This document shows, in pieces, positions 18,089 through 24,285 of a DNA stretch of 35,657 bases. The stretch's first letter is position 1; each line of letters starts with the position of its first letter. Under the pieces are notes generated by a model. It was not told the DNA's origin. It was given only the letters and a program-made list of their open reading frames with translations, and did not search any database. The stretch is from a virus. The stretch is from IMG/VR virus record IMGVR_UViG_3300020169_000003; one strand, written 5' to 3'. The position numbers were made by a program, and so were the translations under genes.

Positions 18089-18535
18089 TTATTGATGATT
18101 CCTTTTTGTTATATTTCTAAATAATTCTTTACGTTGTTTAACATTCTTGCAGGCTGCAATCTCTTCGGTACTTGCTCCGATGTCTTCAAGTATTTCAACC
18201 TGAGCTTCTGCGTTATTGCTATTTGCGAACTTTCTTGTAAGTTGTGTAAGTCCTACAGGATGAAGGACATCGGTCATCTCCTGATCCAAGTAAGCAGCCA
18301 TTGCATCCAAAGTATTTGGCAAATCTTCCTTCTCACCCTTGCACATCTTGAGGAAAAAGTTCTCAACCTTTCCGAGAAGACTGTTGGCTTGGCGAGAGAT
18401 TACACCTCGTACCATTCCGGTCTGGTGGTCGTGATCCAGCACCCAGTCCTGCGTCTTGATGTTCAGGATAGGACACGAGATTGGCTTGTTGGCCTCCCGG
18501 AACTCCTTGATTTGATTCTGTGATAGGTATGTCAT
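18089..18535 (-). CDS. Recombination endonuclease VII-family nuclease (148 aa) with the same C-terminal tail
   Basis: CPILNIKTQDWVLDHDHQTGMVRGVISRQANSLLGK matches the Endonuclease_7 signature (C-x-x-C...DHDH-x-x-G-x-x-RG...N-x-x-x-G). Confidence 0.8.
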   Translation of the reverse strand: MTYLSQNQIKEFREANKPISCPILNIKTQDWVLDHDHQTGMVRGVISRQANSLLGKVENFFLKMCKGEKEDLPNTLDAMAAYLDQEMTDVLHPVGLTQLTRKFANSNNAEAQVEILEDIGASTEEIAACKNVKQRKELFRNITKRNHQ

Positions 18536-18561
18536 AATTAGGTACTAGTAGGTAATCAAAG

Positions 18562-18592
18562 ATGAAAATATACGCTATTCACCCGATATAAT
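18562..18592 (+). promoter_or_regulatory. Candidate sigma70-type promoter for the plus-strand inserted gene
   Basis: A perfect TATAAT lies at 18587..18592. A weak -35-like ATGAAA lies at 18562..18567 with a long 19-nt spacer. A GAGG Shine-Dalgarno lies at ~18607. Confidence 0.35.
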
Positions 18593-18621
18593 TTTTCCTT
18601 GAGTTGAGGTACTATGGGTGA

Positions 18622-18885
18622 ATGAGAATACTGCTTGCCCTTTTACTTTTCCTGCTCCCATTAATTACTTCGGCTGACCCAGCGATCAAGATACTTTGCG
18701 ATAGCGGGTTAACGCATTCAATTGCTAAGGCTAAAACAATCTATGCGAATGTCGGAGATCATATTTTTTATAAGGAAACAAAAGCTGCGAATGGTATGCT
18801 GCTGCTTACCGATGGCAAGGTGCAGAAGTTCAAGGCTGGTATGGGCAATCTAGTAGTGGTCGCGGTTGTGAAGAATTACTCATAA
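18622..18885 (+). CDS. Secreted small protein (87 aa), opposite-strand moron
   Basis: MRILLALLLFLLPLITSADP is a classic Sec signal peptide with a TSA/DP cleavage site. It is the only plus-strand gene inside the minus-strand early arm. Confidence 0.65.
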   Translation: MRILLALLLFLLPLITSADPAIKILCDSGLTHSIAKAKTIYANVGDHIFYKETKAANGMLLLTDGKVQKFKAGMGNLVVVAVVKNYS

Positions 18886-18903
18886 CTTAACCGCTAGGTT
18901 AAG
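18886..18903. terminator. Short palindromic hairpin between convergent genes
   Basis: CTTAACC (18886..18892) pairs with GGTTAAG (18897..18903) around the loop GCTA. The stem is AT-rich and there is no strong U-run. Confidence 0.3.
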
Positions 18904-18907
18904 AGCA

Positions 18908-19069
18908 TCATAGTGAATTAGTAGCCTCATCCTTGATGGCAGCGATTGCTTGCTTGAGTTGATTGTTCTCCTCCTGTAGCTGGAGGTTCTCATTGCGTAG
19001 ATATATGAAGTTCTCCCTTACATCCATAATGATGTCAGAAAGTGATGGCTCGTCTAGGTTATCAGTCAT
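18908..19069 (-). CDS. Small coiled-coil protein (53 aa)
   Basis: Below the track cutoff. Translation: MTDNLDEPSLSDIIMDVRENFIYLRNENLQLQEENNQLKQAIAAIKDEATNSL, which is leucine-zipper-like. It starts 12 nt after the upstream gene's stop. Confidence 0.5.
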   Translation of the reverse strand: MTDNLDEPSLSDIIMDVRENFIYLRNENLQLQEENNQLKQAIAAIKDEATNSL

Positions 19070-19081
19070 AATGTGTTCGCC

Positions 19082-19405
19082 CTACTGGGCTGTTGTTGGT
19101 AGTTTATAATTAGGTAGCTTGAACTGTCGTCGCCATAGTGCGTAGGTTGACTTGTGGATGCCGGACTGGTCCGCTGCTGTCTCAAGTGATATACCACTAT
19201 CCCGCATTGCGTCAATCTTTTTAACAACCTCGGCCTTCTCTTCAGTGCTGAGTCGATGAGTGATTCGGTTGCAGTTACTTCCGGGGATGAAGTGTCGTGT
19301 CCCTGCTGCCGCCTCAATCCTCTCATTGTCCTCAACCTCCTTGGCAATCCGGGCTTCCGCCCATCGCATAAAGCTGCTGTTTGATTCTGCTGTTGTGTCG
19401 TACAT
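19082..19405 (-). CDS. Helix-turn-helix DNA-binding protein (107 aa)
   Basis: EEKAEVVKKIDAMRDSGISLETAADQSGIHKSTYALWRRQF resembles IS3/resolvase-type HTH modules. It is a candidate early regulator. Confidence 0.6.
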   Translation of the reverse strand: MYDTTAESNSSFMRWAEARIAKEVEDNERIEAAAGTRHFIPGSNCNRITHRLSTEEKAEVVKKIDAMRDSGISLETAADQSGIHKSTYALWRRQFKLPNYKLPTTAQ

Positions 19406-19410
19406 TCTTC

Positions 19411-19605
19411 TTATTTAGTTAATTCCTTTGTTGATAATATTTTTCCTGTGCCTCCTCGCTTGAAGACACAGACCCCGCTCTTGTCCGGCATCTTCTTGAG
19501 AAGCAGGCGCACTGCTTCTTTCTCATCGTGCGCCCACTTACAAGTCCTGCCGACATAGCCCTCTGGCATATCGTCGTGATGTGTTCTGATCTCGTACTCA
19601 GTCAT
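19411..19605 (-). CDS. Hypothetical protein (64 aa)
   Basis: Track ORF with a 4-nt overlap with the upstream gene. Confidence 0.55.
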   Translation of the reverse strand: MTEYEIRTHHDDMPEGYVGRTCKWAHDEKEAVRLLLKKMPDKSGVCVFKRGGTGKILSTKELTK

Positions 19606-19847
19606 AGGAACAGGATGGTGAAGCCATAGCCCCCATTAGTCCCGATAACGTTGAAGTTAATCCACTCCTCGGCCTCCTCTTCGGTCATACCTTGCTCCAC
19701 AAATAGTCGAGTCATTATTTCGTATTCGTACACTAGGTTGCCATTGTGGTCAGTCCCTACTACAGCGTCGTCGAGTCCGTCAAACCGGATGGCCTCGGGG
19801 TCGCAGCAGTCAAGATGCCGTTCGATATCTGATATTGGTTGAATCAT
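19602..19847 (-). CDS. Conserved small phage protein (81 aa)
   Basis: FDGLDDAVVG...LVYEYEIMTRLFVEQGMTEEEAEEWINFNVIG resembles a recurrent phage family of unknown function (from memory). Confidence 0.6.
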   Translation of the reverse strand: MIQPISDIERHLDCCDPEAIRFDGLDDAVVGTDHNGNLVYEYEIMTRLFVEQGMTEEEAEEWINFNVIGTNGGYGFTILFL

Positions 19848-19848
19848 A

Positions 19849-20610
19849 TTACATTCTCAGGAGCCAGTAAAGCTCCGCACATTTCTTCGCTACCTTAATA
19901 CCCTTGTCAAGCTCCTTGTCATTCCAGACCTTGTGGTGGTGCTTCTTGGTATCGCAGTCAATGATGACGGAGATACAGCCCGGCAGGTAGTCCAGCTTGC
20001 GCTCCTTCATTAGCATATAGGCTTCGATGCCTAGCTGCTGGCAGTCCTTGTCGTAGCACTTGGCCTTACCCTTGGTATTGGTACGGCACTTGTAGTCCGC
20101 TAGGAACAGCTTGTCGTCACTGTCGTAGCCAATGAAGTCCACGCTGCCAGCGATCTTAATACGATTGCTTGCAATGATATGCTCACAGGATACAGGCTTT
20201 ACGCCCTCCTCGTGAACCCAATCCACAAACGGCATCGCCCACTCATTCCAGACGCTGTCCTCAGGTGCGCTACCCTCAGCTAGGTAGTTGTGATTAATGA
20301 AGTCCTCGATTACTTTGTGGACTGTCGTACCGAACTCCGATGACTCAATAGTTTCACCCGTAGCTGGATGCTCCCTTGTGCCATAGGTAAGACGCTCTAG
20401 CTCCTGCCAAACTAGGTCAGGGTACGCCCTCGCTAGTTGCGCCATCATACGGGGCTTATAGATACTGTCGAGGAACGCATCCTTTACGATGCCTAGCACA
20501 GTCGTAACAGAAGGATAAACCTTCGCTACTTTCCGCGCTTGTGCGGGTGTCATTATATCGGCCTCGAACTCAGGGTTCAGGACATCGTTGCAATTATAGA
20601 AGTGGCTCAT
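19849..20610 (-). CDS. PD-(D/E)XK (RecB/Cas4-like) exonuclease (253 aa)
   Basis: GSVDFIGYDSDDKLFLADYKCR gives the D...D-x-K nuclease core. It lies in a recombination module with the ERF and SSB-like genes. Confidence 0.6.
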   Translation of the reverse strand: MSHFYNCNDVLNPEFEADIMTPAQARKVAKVYPSVTTVLGIVKDAFLDSIYKPRMMAQLARAYPDLVWQELERLTYGTREHPATGETIESSEFGTTVHKVIEDFINHNYLAEGSAPEDSVWNEWAMPFVDWVHEEGVKPVSCEHIIASNRIKIAGSVDFIGYDSDDKLFLADYKCRTNTKGKAKCYDKDCQQLGIEAYMLMKERKLDYLPGCISVIIDCDTKKHHHKVWNDKELDKGIKVAKKCAELYWLLRM

Positions 20611-20795
20611 TTTCTTTTCTTTCCGTATGTTGGGTACGATGCGCGTCCCGTCTTGGTACGCCGTGCATCTTTAATTAGACCTAGCCGCCGAAAGTGGTCA
20701 ACCGCTTGGCGACCCTCCTCCATTAGCTTTCGATTTCGCATTACTGATTCGTAAAGATCAGCGAACTTGTTTGCTAGTTGACTTGCGTTACTCAT
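20607..20795 (-). CDS. Hypothetical basic protein (62 aa)
   Basis: Track ORF, overlap-coupled at both ends. Confidence 0.55.
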   Translation of the reverse strand: MSNASQLANKFADLYESVMRNRKLMEEGRQAVDHFRRLGLIKDARRTKTGRASYPTYGKKRK

Positions 20796-21085
20796 TACAG
20801 CTCCTCTTGATCCATAATGAACTCCACACCCTCGCGGAGAATGTCGATGCGCTGCTCTGATTCCGCAAAGTAACGGCCAGCGTAAAGCTCAATATTCTCT
20901 TGGTCAATAATGATTAGAGTGTCCTGTCCAAGTGTACTCTGGTTCGATTCCGGGATCATTGCACCTACCCAAATGAAACGCAGTTGCTCCTCCGCGATGA
21001 AGTGAAGGATGTCATCGGAACTGCGGCGTAATGTTTCTAGTTCTGTTTTTTCTGTATCCATTGTATTGTCTTTAGAATTTAGCAA
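20795..21085 (-). CDS. Hypothetical acidic protein (96 aa)
   Basis: Track ORF. The start is possibly at the second Met. Confidence 0.55.
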   Translation of the reverse strand: MLNSKDNTMDTEKTELETLRRSSDDILHFIAEEQLRFIWVGAMIPESNQSTLGQDTLIIIDQENIELYAGRYFAESEQRIDILREGVEFIMDQEEL

Positions 21086-21215
21086 TGAGAGTTGCGACCA
21101 GTAGCATAAGGCTGCCGCCTAGACAGCAGGCCAGCACCACACAGGCGGAGTAAAAGATCTTCTCGCCGCCCTTGACGAGATGATCGAGGTTTGTTTTTTC
21201 TTTATGATTTTTCAT
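21072..21215 (-). CDS. Small membrane protein (47 aa from ATG 21215; track version starts at 21314)
   Basis: The C-terminal TM helix is IFYSACVVLACCLGGSLMLLVATLIAKF. The longer track ORF reads into the repeat-rich intergenic region, so the shorter start is preferred, though uncertain. Confidence 0.4.
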   Translation of the reverse strand: MKNHKEKTNLDHLVKGGEKIFYSACVVLACCLGGSLMLLVATLIAKF

Positions 21216-21287
21216 TTTTATTACGTTGTTATCGGTGTTTAGGTATATCAAGGCTTGACATACTTTTTGATGTGATGTGTACCTTAA

Positions 21288-21364
21288 GACAGTCAGCCCT
21301 TGGTAGTCAATCATTAATTAATATAAAAAAGGGAGTCAATGACTGACAGTCATATGACTGACAG
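21288..21364. promoter_or_regulatory. Cluster of AGTCA/TGACT half-sites (operator-like)
   Basis: ATGACTGACAG occurs at 21339..21349 and 21354..21364. A 14-bp perfect palindrome CAGTCATATGACTG lies at 21347..21360. AGTCAATGACT lies at 21334..21344. Extra AGTCA copies occur at 21291 and 21305. Confidence 0.5.
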
Positions 21365-21376
21365 CCATAAGGTAGG

Positions 21377-21667
21377 CTAGATGTACCTTAGAGTCTCTTC
21401 GTAGATGGTTGCCCGGTCATCGTGAGTTAATACGATGGTCGGTAGATCGACCGGTGTATCGTCATTCGGCCAGTAGACCAGCGAGACGATCTCGAACCCG
21501 TCAAGGTCGCGCTCCTCCCAAGCTTCTGTGACTACGGACTCCCCAGCTTCGCTGCTGCACTCGCACTTAGTTGTCACGGCCTCCGCTTCGACTGTTACGT
21601 CAAAGTATTTGTCAGGTCGTAGCTCTAGGCCTCCCATTTGTATTGTTTGCATATTGTTATTGGTCAT
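21377..21667 (-). CDS. Hypothetical acidic protein (96 aa)
   Basis: Track ORF in the early arm. Confidence 0.55.
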   Translation of the reverse strand: MTNNNMQTIQMGGLELRPDKYFDVTVEAEAVTTKCECSSEAGESVVTEAWEERDLDGFEIVSLVYWPNDDTPVDLPTIVLTHDDRATIYEETLRYI

Positions 21668-21857
21668 TTTTTTCTGGGTCTTGGATTGTCTCGTAGTCAG
21701 TGCTTACAATTGGTCGGCAGATGCTTGCCGTTAAAAGGTCCTCGTCTTGCAGTAGCTCGATGTATCGCTGATGCGCATCGATGAAGTTATCGTAGCCCTC
21801 CCAGCCCTCTGAGTCACCTAAGTAGTCTGCTTCTGTCCAGTATATTACAATGTACAT
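21657..21857 (-). CDS. Hypothetical protein (66 aa)
   Basis: Track ORF with an 11-nt overlap with the downstream gene. Confidence 0.55.
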   Translation of the reverse strand: MYIVIYWTEADYLGDSEGWEGYDNFIDAHQRYIELLQDEDLLTASICRPIVSTDYETIQDPEKNDQ

Positions 21858-21860
21858 AGT

Positions 21861-22016
21861 TCAGTCCTGTTGGTATTGCTCAAGTGTCCGGCATCCTGTC
21901 CGTACGAACAGGATATCTAGATAGGTTTCCTCGCTGTTGCCATTGATTGACGTAACAAGAGAAATTTCCTCTTCGGTTGCTATATTCATTTCTATTAGTG
22001 TTTCGTATGTGTCCAT
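21861..22016 (-). CDS. Hypothetical small protein (51 aa)
   Basis: Below the track cutoff. Translation: MDTYETLIEMNIATEEEISLVTSINGNSEETYLDILFVRTGCRTLEQYQQD. It is preceded by the conserved AAGAAAGGA ribosome-binding cassette. Confidence 0.5.
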   Translation of the reverse strand: MDTYETLIEMNIATEEEISLVTSINGNSEETYLDILFVRTGCRTLEQYQQD

Positions 22017-22028
22017 TGTTATCCTTTC

Positions 22029-22346
22029 TTATTTGTTAAGTTTGCTAGTTAATTCCTTAATGCCCTTATTGAGCCGCTTGACTGCTTCCTCTTGAATACG
22101 GGTTAATTCCCGATCTTCCTCTGCATCTACGCTGTCCCTAATCTCCTTCAGATAGTCGCGATGCGCTGCTGCCCTCTCATATATAGCTTTAAGAGCCGCA
22201 ATAGCTTCCTCCTGCATCTCCTTACAGAAGTCCTGAGTGATTGACTCCTCGGCCATAAGCTTGCCAGCCGCCCGCAGTTTATCGGTAAAGAAATCAATTT
22301 CCCAATATCTGTCTTCGATGCTTAGTGATTCTGTTTTGTCTTTCAT
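22029..22346 (-). CDS. Coiled-coil protein (105 aa)
   Basis: Track ORF, charged and helical, preceded by the same AAGAAAGGA cassette. Confidence 0.6.
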   Translation of the reverse strand: MKDKTESLSIEDRYWEIDFFTDKLRAAGKLMAEESITQDFCKEMQEEAIAALKAIYERAAAHRDYLKEIRDSVDAEEDRELTRIQEEAVKRLNKGIKELTSKLNK

Positions 22347-22365
22347 TGTTTTCCTTTCTTATGTG

Positions 22366-22557
22366 TTATGCGTTTATGTCAGTAATGTAGTATTGAGTGA
22401 CGCACGAAACAAAGTTTTCAACGCTTTGCAAGTTTACTCCCTTGGCGTAATAGCGAATGAATCTTGCTGGCTCTGTTGTCTCAATACCTTGGCAAGCTTC
22501 TGTCTTATTAGCTCCGATTATTGCGTTAAATGCTTCTTTAGTTATTTCAATAGTCAT
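22366..22557 (-). CDS. Hypothetical protein (63 aa), first gene after an internal promoter
   Basis: Track ORF, preceded by the AAGAAAGGAAAAAAA-ATG cassette. Confidence 0.6.
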   Translation of the reverse strand: MTIEITKEAFNAIIGANKTEACQGIETTEPARFIRYYAKGVNLQSVENFVSCVTQYYITDINA

Positions 22558-22638
22558 TTTTTTTCCTTTCTTATGTGTTAAAGCTTAATCTTCGATTAAG
22601 CGCGATATGCAGCGGGCTTTTCCCGTGCCTCAATTACT

Positions 22639-22667
22639 GTTAAAGTCCTTTGTTTACTACGTGTCAA
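22639..22667 (-). promoter_or_regulatory. Candidate sigma70-type promoter reading leftward, with an A/T-rich UP-like tract
   Basis: On the minus strand, TTGACA (22662..22667) is followed by a 17-nt spacer and TTTAAC (22639..22644). Immediately upstream is AAAATATTTTAAAAATATAT. The -10 matches only 4/6. Confidence 0.35.
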
Positions 22668-22692
22668 ATATATTTTTAAAATATTTTCCCCG

Positions 22693-22728
22693 TGCTTCCC
22701 TTGCTTCCCTTACTTCCCTTACTTCCCT
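22693..22728. repeat. Four tandem 9-mers T(G/A)CTTCCCT
   Basis: Read directly: TGCTTCCCT TGCTTCCCT TACTTCCCT TACTTCCCT. They lie just upstream (minus sense) of the candidate promoter. Confidence 0.9.
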
Positions 22729-22867
22729 TGCCTAGCTCGCTGGCGTCTTTCCTTAGTCATTACCCTTGCCACAAATTAAAAGACCTTGTGCGTCCTTATA
22801 GCTGGCAAACCTTGTGCACTGGCGGGCTTTTCGGCGTGCCTCGCTTGCCAGGCTTATAGGCGGACAC

Positions 22868-22895
22868 AAAAAAGGCGCACGCTTTCACGTACGCC
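22868..22895 (-). terminator. Rho-independent terminator after the GP88-like gene
   Basis: On the minus strand, GGCGTACG-TGAAAG-CGTGCGCC forms an 8-bp stem with one G-U pair, followed by TTTTTTG. It begins 20 nt after the stop at 22915. Confidence 0.7.
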
Positions 22896-22914
22896 AATTT
22901 GCTTTGCTGTTTTC

Positions 22915-23796
22915 CTAGTGGATACCGATACCGATCGCAACACCGGCGAAGTCCCTTGAGCCGCACGCGTGCCGGCCTTGTGGTAAACAATTCCCGCAAT
23001 TGCCAGGACAAGCGAAGGCCTTAGTCTTTATCTGTCTAAGCTTTGCCAGCACATCGCGCCGGTATTCTTTAGACCCGGCTTTCGTCTTGTCTTGGTAAGC
23101 TCTTTTTTGAATGTGCGCTTTATCGACTTTGACGGCCAAGAAGTCCCCGCGGACCACTGGCAAGCCTAAGAAAGCATTTGCAAGGCCCGTGCGTTCGTGC
23201 CGGCTTCCGCTACTTGCATTTGTCAAGTAGTTTGGCGGCCAAGTGTAACCGGTTGAGTCAAGCTTTACGAATTCAAGCCACGATTTAGAGTACCCGTAAA
23301 CTTTAAGATCAGGCCGCAAATGGCATAAATCCATAAACATTTTTAAAGTTTCAACGTCTTTGAAATCACCGTCGACGAATAGGCGGACGGTCCGGCCAGT
23401 CTTTAGGCTCAAAAATGCCTTTTCAATTACTTCGGTATTCAGTCGCATTAATAAACTATTTTGCAATTGGCGGAAGAATGCCGCCGGATACCGCCAAGCC
23501 CTAAGAGAATAACAAAAATTGACGCAATCACCTTTGCCCGGACAATCCGCCAAAGCTAAAGAAGAGAAGGCCGCGAACGGTAATTTTTTATTACCTTTTT
23601 CCGCGAAAATTGAAAACGGTGGTTTTCCTGACAAGTCACTTTCTAAATAGGAAAGCATCTTTTCCGCGTAATATTGCCACGTACCGCGCTTTTCTAAAGC
23701 TTTGGGCCTTTCATTTATGCAATCAGTCAAAAGGCTTTTAATTACCTTTATATCATTAATTGCGCGAACTACGTTTATGCATTGGTTTCTATTCAT
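22915..23796 (-). CDS. Cys-rich protein (293 aa), GP88-like family candidate
   Basis: LPFAAFSSLALADCPGKGDCVNFCYSLRAW ... VRLFVDGDF ... KVYGYSKSW ... CPGNCGNCLPQGRHACG. The pattern recalls Pfam 'gene product 88' proteins (unverified). G+C is noticeably higher than the genome, with hand-counted lines at 47-65%. Confidence 0.45.
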   Translation of the reverse strand: MNRNQCINVVRAINDIKVIKSLLTDCINERPKALEKRGTWQYYAEKMLSYLESDLSGKPPFSIFAEKGNKKLPFAAFSSLALADCPGKGDCVNFCYSLRAWRYPAAFFRQLQNSLLMRLNTEVIEKAFLSLKTGRTVRLFVDGDFKDVETLKMFMDLCHLRPDLKVYGYSKSWLEFVKLDSTGYTWPPNYLTNASSGSRHERTGLANAFLGLPVVRGDFLAVKVDKAHIQKRAYQDKTKAGSKEYRRDVLAKLRQIKTKAFACPGNCGNCLPQGRHACGSRDFAGVAIGIGIH

Positions 23797-23824
23797 CTTT
23801 TTATGTGTTTATGTGTTTATTTGT

Positions 23825-23980
23825 TTAACTATTTTCGTCAATGAATTGAGGATTTGATTTATACCACCCGCGAAGCATAGCACCGCCAAAGCTTTTGGCA
23901 TCTGAATTAACCCAAGAGCGCGATTTGATCGGATATTTTTTTCCGTTTTCTTTTTCTGTTTTCTTTTTTTCGTTTTTCAT
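23825..23980 (-). CDS. Possible Lys-rich leader ORF (51 aa)
   Basis: Below the track cutoff. Translation: MKNEKKKTEKENGKKYPIKSRSWVNSDAKSFGGAMLRGWYKSNPQFIDENS. It ends 28 nt upstream of the GP88-like start. The poly-A-rich N-terminus makes coding status uncertain. Confidence 0.35.
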   Translation of the reverse strand: MKNEKKKTEKENGKKYPIKSRSWVNSDAKSFGGAMLRGWYKSNPQFIDENS

Positions 23981-24175
23981 ATGATTTATATTTATTCAGT
24001 TATAGTTAAGAGTGAGACGCTATCAGTGCAGTTAAATAAAAGGCCGTCAAGTATATTTTTCAATTACTTTTACCCGTCAAAGCCTTCCACTAGATGAGAT
24101 GATATAGATGACGGTGCGAATGATAGGTGCTCGAACACATCCCATCTTTACAAAACAAATTACCAACTCACGCAC

Positions 24176-24211
24176 CCGGCAACCGGCAACCGGCAACCTG
24201 GCAACCGGCAG
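24176..24211. repeat. Tandem heptamer array CCGGCAA x3 plus CCTGGCAA and CCGGCAG
   Basis: Read directly at 24176..24211 in the divergent control region. Confidence 0.9.
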
Positions 24212-24231
24212 TCAAGATCCTGACAGCTAGA

Positions 24232-24285
24232 CCAGTGAACAAATGTGCAGTAATGAACAAAGGAGCAGTAGTGAACGTTTGAACA
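24232..24285. repeat. Three imperfect ~18-bp repeats, GCAGTA(A/G)TGAAC core
   Basis: The units are CCAGT-GAACAAATGT, GCAGTAATGAACAAAGGA and GCAGTAGTGAACGTTTGA. An AT tract TATATATATACATATAC follows ~35 nt downstream, at 24321..24337. Confidence 0.7.

Noticed and set aside
22796-23011. The track ORF (71 aa, minus) overlaps the 3' end of the GP88-like gene and its terminator.
   Set aside because: It is an alternative frame over a GC-rich segment that reads through the rho-independent terminator hairpin. No independent signals support it.
23981-24160. Leftward early promoter candidates built on the two TTGACG boxes (24045..24050, 24075..24080).
   Set aside because: The best -10 partners are poor (ACTGAT/TGATAG) or require a 19-nt spacer (TATACT). 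I could not support a specific promoter call by eye. The TTGACG copies are reported only as repeats in the control-region finding.
24176-24285. The short tandem repeats (heptamers, 18-mers) and the 9-mers at 22693..22728 could be a CRISPR array.
   Set aside because: The repeat units are only 7-18 bp and directly abut each other with no spacers. There are no cas genes and the context is a phage intergenic region. They are iteron or operator-type repeats.
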